DNA from: Octopus bimaculoides | Taxonomy: Eukaryota | Reading direction: 5' to 3' | Length of the DNA stretch: 64,000 bases | Assembly: GCF_001194135.2 (NCBI RefSeq) | Contig: NC_068981.1 | Coordinates: 54,896,801 to 54,960,800 of the forward strand | Shown: positions 37,837-51,240 of the stretch, in pieces | Layout: each line of letters begins with the position of its first letter | Position numbering within the stretch: position 1 is the stretch's first letter | The notes under the pieces: model-generated | Databases searched by the model: none | Told to the model about the DNA's origin: nothing | The model's input: only the letters and a program-made list of their open reading frames with translations | Made by a program: the position numbers and the translations under genes

Positions 37837-37888
37837 CGAATAGTATAGAATATAAAAGACAAAACTTGAAGATAGTCGTATATTTAAT

Positions 37889-37941
<53 letters not shown>

Positions 37942-38227
37942 GCACGCACGCACGCACACACACATGTATGCACACGTTTATTTATATATGTGTATATTTG
38001 TTTCAATGTCTGTATAACGTGACCAGTTAATATGGTAAACGCTAATAGCTCTGTTTCCTATAATATACAATATTCAGATATGTAGGCATTTCCTATATCT
38101 TTTGAGTTTTCTGCTAAATTTGTTACATTTACATTACATCCTCCATGTAACTACCAAATGTCTAGCAATTTGCATACGATTATGTATACATGGCTGTATA
38201 CATGTGTGTTTGTGCACTTGCGTAGGA

Positions 38228-38267
<40 letters not shown>

Positions 38268-39360
38268 TATATATATGTATATGAATGCGCAAGTGTATCT
38301 CACTCTCAACACAAATATACAAATATATATATGCCCGCACACACATATATCTTTGTCGACGTCGGTTGTTTTTCAAGCCCAAGAATTTCAATTTCTTCCT
38401 GCTGAAGGAAATATCACCAGAATGGAATGCCAATGGTGTGGATTTGTTTACGGTGGATCTCAAGTTGCCTGATAGTACCCCTCACATTGTAGTTTCAGGA
38501 CAATCCTCAGCGGCTCGTGTAAAATGAGACAAGCATTATCCGGTGATAAAATTGAACGGACCGCTTCTGACTCGGTTGCAGTGTTGAATACACCTTCTTA
38601 ACCAGTCCCTCTGGTGTTGCACTACGCCACCATTTCAAATGTTATTCTAGTCAATCAATGGCGCTGTCTACATTTGCTTGCTTCGCTGTTGGTTGCGTTC
38701 TATTTGGTTTCTCTTTCTCGGCTTACCACCATGTGTAGCCGTAAATGAGTACAAAACTCTCGACGGTATTGATCTCGGTATCATAGATCCATTACAAAAC
38801 CTCAGATTGATAAGAGAGAGGACAACATCCTCAAACTGGAGATCTGACTCGAATGAGTGCAACCGAATGCAACCAAGGACCAGATGATGACGATAAACTG
38901 GGTAATGAATTTAGTAATCCAGCCAAGTTGACTATGACAGAATCGGGATTTCAACCCAGAATGTCAAAAGCTGGATCAAATAGTGCAAGGCTTTAATGTT
39001 TTCACCATTCTACCCTCCTAGAATGGGACTTCATTTATCACATAAAAACATGAAAATCAATGTTGACCTAAGAACAGAAAAAATCGCAATTAACACCGCA
39101 AGGGTTTTTGCCTCCGCTCAGTGGCCTACACAATCTTTAAAAATTGAAGTTTCTCTGTCTTGCTCTCATAAACGAAAGTGTATATTAACCAGTGATTAAC
39201 TATACCTTAAGTATAAGTGTTAGTTGTCACTATAAATGAAGAGTTAATATTTTCCTTCCACACTTAATGTTTATATATGCATATTTATACATAGATATTT
39301 ATATACACGACCATATATGTTTTTTTTTTTTTAATAACATTCTCCCTTTCTCTAATTGAT

Positions 39361-39510
39361 GAAATCGACCTCAGTGCTCAACAGGTATATATTTTATCAC
39401 CTCCAAAAGGATGAAAGGTAAAATCGACCTCAGCGTCATTTGAATCGAAAGAAATACTCTTGAGCGTTTTGTCTGACATGCTAACGATTCTGCCAGCTCA
39501 CTGCCTTACA
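39361..39510 (-). mobile_element. SINE family A (diverged)
   Basis: CTAACGATTCTGCCAGCTCACTGCC head end, GGATGAAAGGTAAAATCGACCTC core. Confidence 0.8.
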
Positions 39511-39539
39511 ATAACAACGACAACAACAATAATAATAAT

Positions 39540-41130
39540 TTCCGTATTGCCTTTTCCAATGTTTTTCAGGCACAGCACTGTCCTACCCATTGTCAACCAC
39601 TCTGGTGTTACTTGGTCGGCATTTAACAAGATGTTGAGATGTGCAGCTATTTGTGCATGCCATTCACCAAATCTTTTGTTCCAGTAACCTTGAACTCCGT
39701 CTGGTCCCGGGGCCTTCCAGTTGCCCATTTGTTTGCTGATTTCCTTCACTTCTCTAACTGAAACGACTAGTGCTGCCTGTTTTGGACAGACTACTGTTTG
39801 TTTCAGTTCTTGCAACCATTCAGCATCCTTCTTGTGCTCTTTGTCTTTGCTTCAGATGTCACTCCCAAACCTTTGACTTTCAATATTATCTGCTATCAAC
39901 TTTTCATCTGTACACTCTCCATTTATTTCTTTATAGAATCTCTTCTTATCTACTCTGAATAACCTATTCTGGTGGTAACCCTTCATTCTTTGGTCGTATC
40001 TTACCATCTTTGCTTTCTTTGCAACGAGGCGCTGTTGTTTCAGTTCCTCCATCACCACTTTCAGGCTCTTTCTTTCAATATCGTATTTCCTGTTCAGTGC
40101 CCTGTATTTTTGTTCGCTTTTAAGCTCCTTCTTCTATTTTCGGTCTAATACAAAAATGTCCTTCGAGAGCATATCTAATCCCGCCTGTATTTTTTTTTTC
40201 CACTATGGAATTTTTCGTTTGTCACTCTCATTCTATTTCTTTTTCTTGACATCAACACCCACATTTTCTGCTACAACAATACTTGCTGCTTTGATGAAAT
40301 TATTTGTTTCTGTGATTTTTTTTTGTTCTGATGTATTTCAGAATTTCATTCACATTTTTCGTTTCTTGGTTCAATTTCCATCGATCAACCTTTTTTAAGG
40401 TTGCAAATAGTATCGCTATCGTTCTCCTGTAGCCCTGCCTTTTTTCTGTCGTAGATTGCCTTTTGCTCAGCTGTCATATCACCATTAGTTTTATTGTTTT
40501 CTTTCAAACCATTTATATATCTCTCATCTAGCAAGCTATCACTGTTTCTTTCTTGTGGTTTATTAGAGATTTCACCTGTTTTCTGTTGTGAGATTACTTT
40601 TATCAGTTGGAACTGTATTTTCGTCGTTTCCTCTGCTTCTGTTTTCCAGTACCCATCTTTTGATAGGTTCGAGCTCTACTCCTGTGAACCAGCGATTGTT
40701 TCTTATTGCTCTAGCTTCATCACATAATCTCTGTTCTGTGAGTTGAAACAATCCTCTTTCTCTCCATTGATCATACATACGTTGTCGGTATCCCCTAATA
40801 TGAACACCATTTACGTCTACAGGGTTGCTCAGGTAGTAATACTCCATGACCATATCATTGACTTGTTTGTTACATCTACGCCGTGTGTGCTGTTCCCTTG
40901 ATGGATAACGATAGGCTGGAGTCGGACCAGTATCTCTGAGCCTACCGGATGCAACATTGTCATCATCAAGGGCTTGAGTTTCATTACCACAGTTATTCAC
41001 AATATTTTGTTTTATTATCACTCATATGAGGTAGCGATTATCAGGTTGCGCAATTACCAGTGTTTTTATTGACACCATCACTAAATGTACCACCAACCAG
41101 GACTTGGGGAGGTTCCAACTTCTTCCTTTC
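39540..41130 (-). pseudogene. R4/Dong-clade non-LTR retrotransposon, 5' part up to the start of RT
   Basis: VMEYYYLSNP...RGYRQRMYDQWRERGLFQLTEQRLCDEARAIR, RYDQRMKGYHQNRLFRVDKKRFYKEING, NWKAPGPDGVQGYW...PEWLTMGRTVLCLK; begins next to (AAT)n. Confidence 0.9.
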
Positions 41131-41224
41131 ATTATTATTATCATCATCACTGCTATTATTATTTTCATTTTTTTACTATTTGTCATTGTTAATATTTCCT
41201 CTGATCCGACATGAGTTTTGGCTA

Positions 41225-41238
41225 AATTATTATCATTA

Positions 41239-41302
<64 letters not shown>
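41225..41302. repeat. (TAT)n microsatellite
   Basis: About 25 TAT units. Confidence 0.97.
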
Positions 41303-41303
<1 letters not shown>

Positions 41304-41619
41304 TCCATTTATTATTAAAAGGTATTATTAAATGTTTAGTTTCAACTTTTGTCTTGTACTTGAATATGTGAGGGTTGAAGGGAATAGTAGAAGGAAGAGA
41401 ATTAGCTTGGTGAATAGACCAAATTCTACAGGTCTGTAAATACATTCGGCAGATGGTGAGGAGATCAGCAATGGGCATCCATGTGCGATAAGAAGACAAA
41501 ACAGGACTCACCCCCTTGGGGTCAGCGGAGGTCAAATGTGTTTTACTACTACTAGCGATTAATAAGAGTGCTGACTTTAGCCTTGAAAAGAACCAAATCA
41601 CCTTGTTCTATTTTTAATT

Positions 41620-42240
41620 ACTGATAGAAAAAATAATAATATATGTATATAGTAAGAAGTTCAGGCTTGTGTAGGATAGAAGATTACAAAGATAAAGCAC
41701 TGTACAAGGACTTGAAAATGAATGAAACTGAAAATAGGTGGATAAAGAAAAGAATGCAGGAACAATTTCATAGGGATGTTGAAGATAAGACAGAGAAAAA
41801 TGATGGCTATGGATGACTAAAAATGGTCTAAAACCGGAAACAGTGGCTCTAATCTCTGCTGCCCAAGAGCAAGCATTAAGAGCCAATTACATCAAATACA
41901 GAATAAACAACACATTAGAAAGTGATAAGTGCAGAATTTGTGGGCAAAATGGGGAAACCGTATGGTATATAGCCAGTCAATGTACGCCACTAGCCCAGAG
42001 AGAATATAAGAGACGTCATGACAAAATAACAAGGATTGTCCATTGGACACTTTGCAACAAGTATGGACTTGACAGAACAAAAAAGTGGTACGGACATAAA
42101 CCCGAAGGCATCATCGAAAATGATTATGCAACGATCCTATGGGATTTTATGATTCAGTGCGATCATGAGATAGAGAATAAGAAACCAGATATAGTGTTAA
42201 TTGAGATGGTAAGCAAATGATGCTGGATCATAGATATAAT
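41620..42240 (+). pseudogene. R4/Dong-clade C-terminal fragment (zinc knuckle + restriction-like endonuclease)
   Basis: LKPETVALISAAQEQALRANY, CRICGQNGETVWYIASQC, YKRRHDKI, ILWDFMIQCDHEIENKKPDIVLI. Confidence 0.92.
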
Positions 42241-42360
42241 GCTTAGTGGTATTTCTTTCAGCTTTATGTTCCGTGTTAAAATTCTGCCGAGGTCGACTTT
42301 GCCTTTCATCATCTAGCGTTGAATAATGGGGACGATAATCGACTTTCCCTCCCTCAAAAC
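42241..42360 (+). mobile_element. SINE family A fragment
   Basis: AATTCTGCCGAGGTCGACTTTGCCTTTCATC. Confidence 0.75.
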
Positions 42361-43983
42361 GAGGACGTTTTGTCTTCTTTTGTAATTATTGTTATTTATT
42401 GAGTGCCGAATGGCAGAACTGGAGAGATTTGGGGTTGTGGCAAGGTTTAGAAATCTTCTTCATTATTATTGTTATTGTTACTTGATTTATTGCGGAAAGA
42501 CGTGCCTTCGGGCAGCTCTTATTTGAATTATCATATTTGTTTTCTCTATCGTAGTTATATTTATTTTGTTTATTTTAGTTTGCTGTACTAAGGTTGAGGA
42601 AAAGAACTGAAATGTTTTATGTCTTTCCTATTTAGAAAAGAATTTGTGTTAATTGTTATTTCCTTCTGACATGAAAGCAGGAATACTTTTGAATTCGGTT
42701 ACTGTTGTGACGATGGCAACCGTATGAACTGTTTTTGCGGTATTTTCTTGCTTCCCTTCCGATTCTGAGTTCAAATCCTATTGAGATCAATTCCGCTTCT
42801 TATTATTCATGGTTCGATAAAATATGTATCCGTCAAATACTGAGATCAATAAAAGTCGACTGTATTGCACCTCAGATTTGAAGACTTTAACTCTGATAAT
42901 TTGTCAATACTTTTTTAAGTGCATTCCACATTGAAATACTGCTCAAATACATGGACAAATATATTGTGTACTGCATTCACAAACATCCTAGGCTAGATAT
43001 CCAGAAAGGTCATCCAACTGATTAGCAAAACTTGCCTCAACAACCTACAAGCACTGACAGAATAATTTTTTGTTGCCTCTTCTACCATAACTAAAACGGT
43101 TTCTGTTTCTCTAAATTAGCAAACTGTACAATCTTTAATCAAGTCAACTCGATGTATCGACACTGAACAGATGACTAGTCAACCGGAAGTATTCTTGGGT
43201 ACATCCCACTCGTTCATATTAATAGGAGACTGGTATGACTTCATAGAAGTATACTGAAATTGTGTGGTGTAGTGGAAAGAGAAGAATGTGTTAAACTTCA
43301 TACATCAACATTTATCGAAGGCACTAATGTGAATAGGGGTAGGGTAGGGTGTCCACATTTTCTAACAGCTGACTAAACACACTAAAAACACTTTGTGATT
43401 ATTACGATCAACTCAGGACAACTCAGGATCAACTCGGGACCTGATTACTAGGAACTGATCCCGTTGTTTTCAAGCATGGAAAGCCTACAGTTTAATTTAG
43501 TTAAGCAGGAAATTAAAGGATTGCGATAAACAATATAATGTGGGTGGGATTAAATAGAAAAATCAAATTAGAATCGGTTAGTTTTAGAAGGATTCATAGT
43601 AGAACCTTGGAGTAGAACCTTGGTAGTGAATAATAAAATCGGTGGAGCGCCGGGAGTTCCAAATCCAGCCATCATTCCAAGTAAATAAAATGAGAGCAAG
43701 TTAAAAACTGATGTCGATTTAATTGACTAAAAATCAAAAACGATGTGTGGCCCAGTACTTATGTCAGTTACAGCCGATAGGGCGATTAAAGAGATACAGT
43801 AACAATGTGGGTGAAGTTTTACTAATTTGCGTTCTGAGTTCAAACTTTTCTGGTCTCGATTTTGTCCTTCAACCCTCAGGGATCAAAAAAAAAAAAAAAA
43901 AAAAAAAAAAGATCAATGAAATAATGCCGCACATTTAATTTGCCTCTTCACACAAGAATTATTGTCATTATTATTATTGGGCC

Positions 43984-44620
43984 AAAGGCGGCGAACTGGC
44001 AGAATCATTAGTACGCCGAGAAAAATGCTTAGTGGCATTTCGTCCGTCCTTACGTTCTAAGTTCAAATTCCGTCGACATTGCCTTTCATCACTTTGGGGT
44101 CGATAAATTAAGTTCTAGTGAAACACTGGGGTCGATGTAGTCGACTAGTCTCCTCTCCAAAAATGTCAGGTCTTGTGCCTTTAGTAGAAAGGATTATTAT
44201 TAGGCCGACGGCATTTCTTCTGAGTTCAAATGCCACCATGGTTGACACTGCTTTTCATCCTTTCAAGGTCGATGAAATAAGTACCAGTCAAGTACTGGGG
44301 CCGATGAAATCAACTAGTCCCCTCCCCACAAAATTTCAGGCCTTGAGCCTATAGTAGAAAGTATTATTAATATTGAGCCGGCAGAATCGCTTGAGCGTCG
44401 CAAAATGCTTTGCAGTATTTGTTCCAGTTTTTTATATTCTGAGTTTAAACTCTGTCGTGATCAACTTTGCCTTTCATTCCTCTAGGGTCGATAAAATAAA
44501 TTACCAGTCAAATACTGAGGTCAATAGAATCGACTAACCCCTTCCCTCAAAACTACTGGCCTTCTGCCTAAATCAAAATTCATATTATTGGTTCCAAATT
44601 TAGTACAAAGCCAGAGAAAC

Positions 44621-44660
<40 letters not shown>

Positions 44661-44850
44661 AACACAAAGGCAGCGAGCTGGCAGAATGGTTAGCATGTCA
44701 CACAATTCTGAGTTCAAATTCCGCCGAGGTCCACTTTGCCTTTCATCATATCCGGGTATACAATAAGTACCAGTTAAACACCGGGGTCGTTGTAATAGAC
44801 TTATCTCCTTCCTCGAAATTGCTGGCCTTGTGCCAAAATTCGAAATCACA
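43984..44850 (+). mobile_element. Tandem array of four SINE family A copies separated by (TAT)n tails
   Basis: Copies at ~43984-44200, 44201-44370, 44371-44590 and 44667-44850, each with the B box and CTTT(G)CCTTTCAT core; a short inverted tail piece at ~44590-44620. Confidence 0.9.
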
Positions 44851-47800
44851 TTTTTATTAACAACACTATCGCATGGCGAAGGGTGGCTCCATATAGCGAA
44901 TAATATTTGGACCTATTGAACTGTTGTTAGGTATCGTAGCGTAAAAATACCTTTTCTTGCTGGAATATGAATACATTTGGGAGATGTCAACAGTTTTAAT
45001 GAAGCCTCCCTTTATCTGTGTTAAATCTATCTAATATACAACTTCATAAAACCATGTTGCTGGTTGTGTTATTATGGTGGATGTTATCTTTTTCTTTCTT
45101 ATTTCTGACAAGGTCAATGTACTGTTTCTATCAAAGAAGCTCAAACGTTCACTGGTTTCACAAAACTTCCCATAACTTATTAGAGAAACATTATCGGTGG
45201 GATTGAACATTAAAGTGGAAGTTAAGTCCTCGGTAATTAAGTCCGTAACCTGTTTATTTATTTAATTCAACTCTTGAATTTCCGGTAATTGCCATTTTAA
45301 CTCTTTTGCATCACTAAATGCTTCTAGAAAGAACATGATCCTCGCAACTGCTATTTCCTTCCTTATTTTTGGGCCTCATGACATTTCTCTTTCAGCTCTA
45401 TGAAATCATCACAAAATTACATCCGAAACCTAGTATGCTATCAAGAGACACGGTGAAGGAGTGGATATTGTATAGGGGAGTCAGTCGTAGAATCGAATTG
45501 TTGAAATTAGTCATTACTCATTGTACCTCATTTTAGACATCACTTTTTGAAACTTGAAAATGATCAAATTAGATATCAGTGTGAGAAAAATATTGATTTG
45601 GAATCAAATAGAGATAAGAATATTGATTGTTAAGCACCAAAAATTATCCACATATTTTGTTAGCAACCTGAATTACAATCGAATCGAAGTCGAGGAAAGG
45701 TTTATTGAAAAAAAAAGTACTTGTCACTTTTGTTTTAAATTCTCTCAACTTCAAGAATAACAATGATCACCAGTTTCTAATTCCAAAGATGGTGCAACAG
45801 TTCAAATTATGATGCAAAACTTGCAATGTAATGATTTCAAACAGGTAGGGAGAAAATAACGAGAAATCAAATATTACTCATTTTGCCTCTCAACTCTACA
45901 ATTTGCTATCGTGATCTATTTATCACTCTAGCTACATATTTAATACAAGTTATATTAAACAATCAATCAAATAAGTTACTACTTTCCCACTGCTGAGTAA
46001 AGGACTTAAATTTCTAATTTCTGTTTTTCTTCTCTTCTAGTCTTAGTCTTCTGTAAATAATTTCCTCATGGAACTAAAATTTTACAAGCAAGTTGTAAAA
46101 AAAAACTGACACGATAAAATGAAACGAAACGCACTAGGACTCTGTAAAGTGTCGCAGTTCAAACTATTTCTTCCAGCTAATCTGAACGTGCTTTCAAATT
46201 AGCCCTGCACTGTTCAATTACCGTCTCCCTGGCTTACAACTCTTGATACGTTTATAATCATTAAATTCGTGGGAACTTTACTGTTTCAATTTTTTTAAAG
46301 ATTTCGTTCCAATTGTTTTCAAATTTGGCAACTGATTTAGTTTTGTACACTAATTATGGAGATGAAATTCATTTTTGCCATTAATTAATAAATAAAAAGT
46401 TAATAGCTTTTTTAAGTTTGCAAATTTTGGGTAATCTTAGCAAATTGAAAGCCACAGACAAATTGGTATCCATAGTAACAAGCCAAGGTATCGTCTGCTT
46501 AAAATTACTACAAGTACTTTTTAAATTGTTTCTATGTTTGTTCGAAAATTTACTTTGCATTATTTTATCTGACAGAAAAAAACTTGTGGGTTTTTTTCTG
46601 TTGCTTGTTACAGTTTTGAAATCTTAAAATTAAGTAGTAATTTTCAAATTTGGTATATTGATGTAATTTTTGACGCTGAATCGGATTTTGTAATTCCTTT
46701 ATTCCTGAAAAATTTTAGAAAATGTTCACTAAAACTATTATAAATTGATTAATCTCAGGTTGGTCTGACCCTAAACCTTAATTGTGACCTATCCGTTCTT
46801 GGTGGCGGAGGCATGCGTCGAACAACCAAGAGACCTGCTTGGTGGAGCGACTATGTGACATTAAATCAATCTTTGACCTCTTATTCTCCACCAACTTGGG
46901 TATGCTCGAGAGAAGTTAGCGTCTCTCCACCACAGTTGGATTAGATTACTTGGCATTCATTTAGGTAAATCTGCCTACCTCAAGCTACATGTAAGGACTT
47001 GAGATTGAAAAACAAAATCAATTCCAGGGAGGTTTGATCTCATAACAAAAAGAAACTGTTATGCTTATCTAGTGTTCATTTGCATGCTTGAACAACTAGT
47101 TTTCGGTGAAGAATCATTGGTTTGTTTTCTCCGATTTGAATGTTTATGTATTCAATGTATTCTATAAAGAAAAGTAAAAAAAAATATTGTTTATACCCAG
47201 TGGTATACTTCTCCAGGTGGTTCAACCAAACAAACTCTACTACATCTGTCGTAGATGTTGAATGTAAAATTGTATTTTCATAACATCCGTCTATCATGGT
47301 TTATAACTTGGATGAACAGCAAAATTCTAAATAAACTGTTTGATAGCCTCAAACGTTTGCCAGCTCGGAGTGTATTTTAATTGTTTGGAGACGTGAAATT
47401 TATGAAGTTTAAACAGTAACATTGAATAACTTAGCAGTGAAGTCGTCGCTCAAAAGGGAAAGCAAAGAATTTATTTAACTTGTTATGTTGGGTGCTACAT
47501 TAATCGGAAGAAACAGGAAAGAAAAGAGAAGCGGAAAAATCCCTTGAAGAAAAAGAATAAACTAGATGGGAAAAATGTATAAAAATAAGATACATGTATA
47601 TGTCTGTATGTGTATCTAAATCTGTATCTTTATATGTTTACATAGACACACATGCACTCACAAACACACACATGTGCACGCACGTACAAAGTCGGGTTGA
47701 AAGTGAAAGAAAAAAAAAAGTATTATTTGTTCAGTTGTACTGACATTGTACTGATCACTGATTTATCTCAACGTGCCGTCATCGTTTGGTTTCTTCGTTT

Positions 47801-49862
47801 ATTTAGACTTTTCCTATCAACATACTTTGACACTGGGATAGTATATGATGTATATTGTCCTTCTCACTTCCGCCTCTGCTGGTAGCTCGCGATCCATTGT
47901 TCTATCAAGTGCTTGCGTATATGTATTTGAGTACATACACACGTATATACATATGTATTTTCTTTTCTCCACTTTTAGAAGTAGAGAAAACACTGTCAGT
48001 AGAATTAGGGTAAGAAATAAGTACTGAACATGAAAGATGTTATTTTAAGGATGAGTTAAATGTCTTCCACCGTTTACAGAAACGTTTCTAGATTTCTATT
48101 TCATTGGTGTAGCTTTGAGAGCTTTTTTTTTCTTCTTAATTTCACTGGTGCACGCACATGCAAATGCATAAATATTTATGCTACTAGCAGTGGTGAAAGT
48201 GAAAAAGGAAACTCATCATTCACAGACACATTTCCAATTGACAAATATCAATATGGCAATTATGAAAGATAAATATTATTCTCTTTTATTTTCAAAATGA
48301 TCTATACCTATGTGTATGAAGAATTTGTAGCATCTCTATTAGGAACAGCGAGCGTATGGCAACATTATTGTTATATGCCAAAGAAGTATTTTGCCTTTCC
48401 ATGCATCAGTTCGCTTTAATGGATACTTTGACTTAATGCAAGCCAACAGAAAACCTATACATCATTGCATGACCTGCGATAATTAGCAACCATATATCCT
48501 TCAAACATCATAGTACTATCTTGATAGAGGAATGTTATCCTAAATAGACGAATCTCAAAGAAGGACGAAACGGCTCTGCATGTCCCAAACACGTTTGCTC
48601 AAATGTCTGCTCTGCTAGGCATCGCCTGCTGTTAAACAACAAAAATTTTGACTCAATATTAAAAAAAAAATCATTCTAATTCATTGAGTTGCATCATTTA
48701 CTGAAAGTTATAACCCATCATCTAATCTCTATAACGATATCCAATGTTCTGAAGTGATTAATCTGAGCCAATTTTGCTAAAACTCCGAATCCATTTGCAA
48801 ACCAATCTCTGTATCATTATGACACGAGTTTAGAAATGTTTGTCTGCAGAATATACATGCAAACAAATTTATCGAATTATCTCGCACGATGTAGATAATC
48901 TCTTTGTTGTAAATTTTCACATGTTATTGAACGTTTATTTCTCAAAGTGGACATTGCCCTTTCAAGACAAACGGAAACGATTAAAGTTCTTAAGGCTGTG
49001 TTATGAGAACAAGACAGTGTTCAAAATAATGATTTTTCTATCGTCTTGGCTTAACAGCCCTCACTGTTTGTTTTTACTGTCTTGTTCTCACTGTCTTGTT
49101 CTTACTGTCCTGTTCTTGTTAACACTTTCACCCTCCGCAAAAAATTCCAAATTTTATTTAATTTGCTTTGCGGGAAGGACTGTTCCAACGAAGGCGTGTA
49201 TTGTCCTTGCCTTCCAAACGCTGAGTAGATGGAACAGGGACAACTGACGAAGGGACATACTCTTTATGTTACATGTCTCGTTTCTCTGTATTTTTCGTTG
49301 TTCTAAAAAAGTTCGTTTTGTGTTTTCCTTTTTATGCTTTCGTTTCTCATTGTGTTTAACGTTTTTCTTGATGTTCTGTACCCATGTATGTATACCTATA
49401 GATGTAGGTATGTACATATATGTATAGATATGTGCATATATTTATATATTATTTATATTATTATATGATCGAACGCCACGCATCCATTTCCAAGTATATA
49501 TATCTTTAATAATATGTGACCGAATAACTGTCACATATTATTTACAGATAAATTTCTCTATTTACATAATATAGAGGTCTCTTTCTTTCTTTTGTTGTCT
49601 TTTCTACCAATANNNNNNNNNNNNNNNNNNNNNNNNNNNNNNNNNNNNNNNNNNNNNNNNNNNNNNNNNNNNNNNNNNNNNNNNNNNNNNNNNNNNNNNN
49701 NNNNNNNNNNNNNNNNNNNNNNNNNNNNNNNNNNNNNNNNNNNNNNNNNNNNNNNNNNNNNNNNNNNNNNNNNNNNNNNNNNNNNNNNNNNNNNNNNNNN
49801 NNNNNNNNNNNNNNNNNNNNNNNNNNNNNNNNNNNNNNNNNNNNNNNNNNNNNNNNNNNNNN

Positions 49863-49890
<28 letters not shown>

Positions 49891-49893
<3 letters not shown>

Positions 49894-50055
49894 CAACGGT
49901 CTTCTTTCAGTTTCCGTGTACCAAATCCACAAACAAGGCTTCGGTCGGCCCGAGGATATAGTAGAAGACACTTGCTCAAGGTGCCACGCAGTGGGACTGA
50001 AGCCGGGACCAAGTGGTTGGTAAGCAAGCTACTTACCACACAGCCACTCCTGCAT
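49891..50055 (-). mobile_element. SINE family B, 5' half (gap at its microsatellite)
   Basis: CTTCTTTCAGTTTCCGTGTACCAAATCCAC...CTTACCACACAGCCACTCCTG. Confidence 0.9.
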
Positions 50056-50086
50056 ACACGCATACATACACACACACATACATACA

Positions 50087-50117
<31 letters not shown>

Positions 50118-50129
50118 TAACAAAATAAG

Positions 50130-51240
50130 GAATGTGGATATCAACGGCCTGTCTATCTCTCGTATCACGAATGATGAATGTAACAAATACTTTCGAGTCA
50201 ACGGGGATATTACATAAATTGGTCCTGAGAGTAAAACTATAGAGACAAAAAGAATACTTCAGCAGACTTCGGAATGTATGAAAGCCAGAACTGTCTGCAT
50301 TCAATAAAACTATATTCAACAATGCATTTGCAGATCCGGTGATAGCATCGCCATTTGGGATATTAGACCGGACACTTGGAGAAACCCACATCTTAGACAT
50401 CAGGAATAGGAAGATAATAACAATGACTGGTTATTTCCATATCAACGGTGACATCTACAAGAACTCTGTTAAACAGAGAGATGGAATTATAGGAATATGA
50501 TCAGGTCAGACTATCTTTGAGTTTTGCATCATGTCACTTAGACAATATCTACTGAACAGCAAAGAGAGAAATAAATCTGTCATGTGTTTATTCAACAGTG
50601 AAGGGAATAATATCAATGAGTTTAAGCGAAGAGCTCCTGAACGGGCAGTCCAAGTTTACAGCTGCTCTATGGGAACAATAACTGGCAGGATTGAGTTATT
50701 TCAACAGAGACTCAAAAGAGAAATGCTCATCGTACTAGCAGAAAGTTATATATGGGTTCATATTCTGCAAGCTAGAGAATGCCTGAAACCTTCACAAGGC
50801 TAGCAGCCTTTCTGGCCTTTGGCAAATACATCACATTTCACCTAGAAGATTATGCTTTTAGTATCCAAGAACAGGTGATTGTTACTAAATACCTGATCAA
50901 CAAAAGAGATAAAAATGCTTCTAAGCTTCCAGGATGTAACAGAAACCGGTGAAGAAGAAATCACTAGCTGTTCAAGAAATCAGTAGCTGTCCGCAAGATA
51001 TTTTCTTCCCACGAGACATGACATTATCGCTAGGACAGTCTACAGTGCTATAAGCTGGGAGGATTGTCCAGACGGTCATACCAAAAGCATGCTGGAACCA
51101 GAAAGTATCCACACCCTTAAAAATAAACAATACTAGTGGAATATTCCAATAAAAACGAGGTGTAAGCATAACAGGCCAGATATGTTATATGGGATAGGGA
51201 GCAAAAGTTGTGCACCATTGTAAAAATCGGTTAACCAACG
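50130..51240 (+). pseudogene. Older R4/Dong-like LINE, RT C-terminal half to endonuclease
   Basis: KKEYFSRLRNV*KPELSAFNK, FHINGDI, FSIQEQVIVTKYLIN, SSCP...RHDIIARTVY, TRCKHNRPDML; many frameshifts. Confidence 0.75.

Noticed and set aside
43984-44850. Repeat array as a possible CRISPR-like structure
   Set aside because: The units are ~200-bp diverged SINE copies with no unique spacers and no cas genes; the sequence is eukaryotic.
46060-46770. Segment with the texture of a non-autonomous DNA transposon
   Set aside because: No TIRs or TSD could be identified.
48220-48620. Possible hAT dimerisation-domain relic (IEECYPK*TNLKEGRN)
   Set aside because: Similarity is too weak to separate from chance without a profile search.
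49245-49290. CTGACGA-A-GGGACAT...ATGTCTC 7-bp stem
   Set aside because: Followed by GTTTC instead of GAAAC, so not a hammerhead core.
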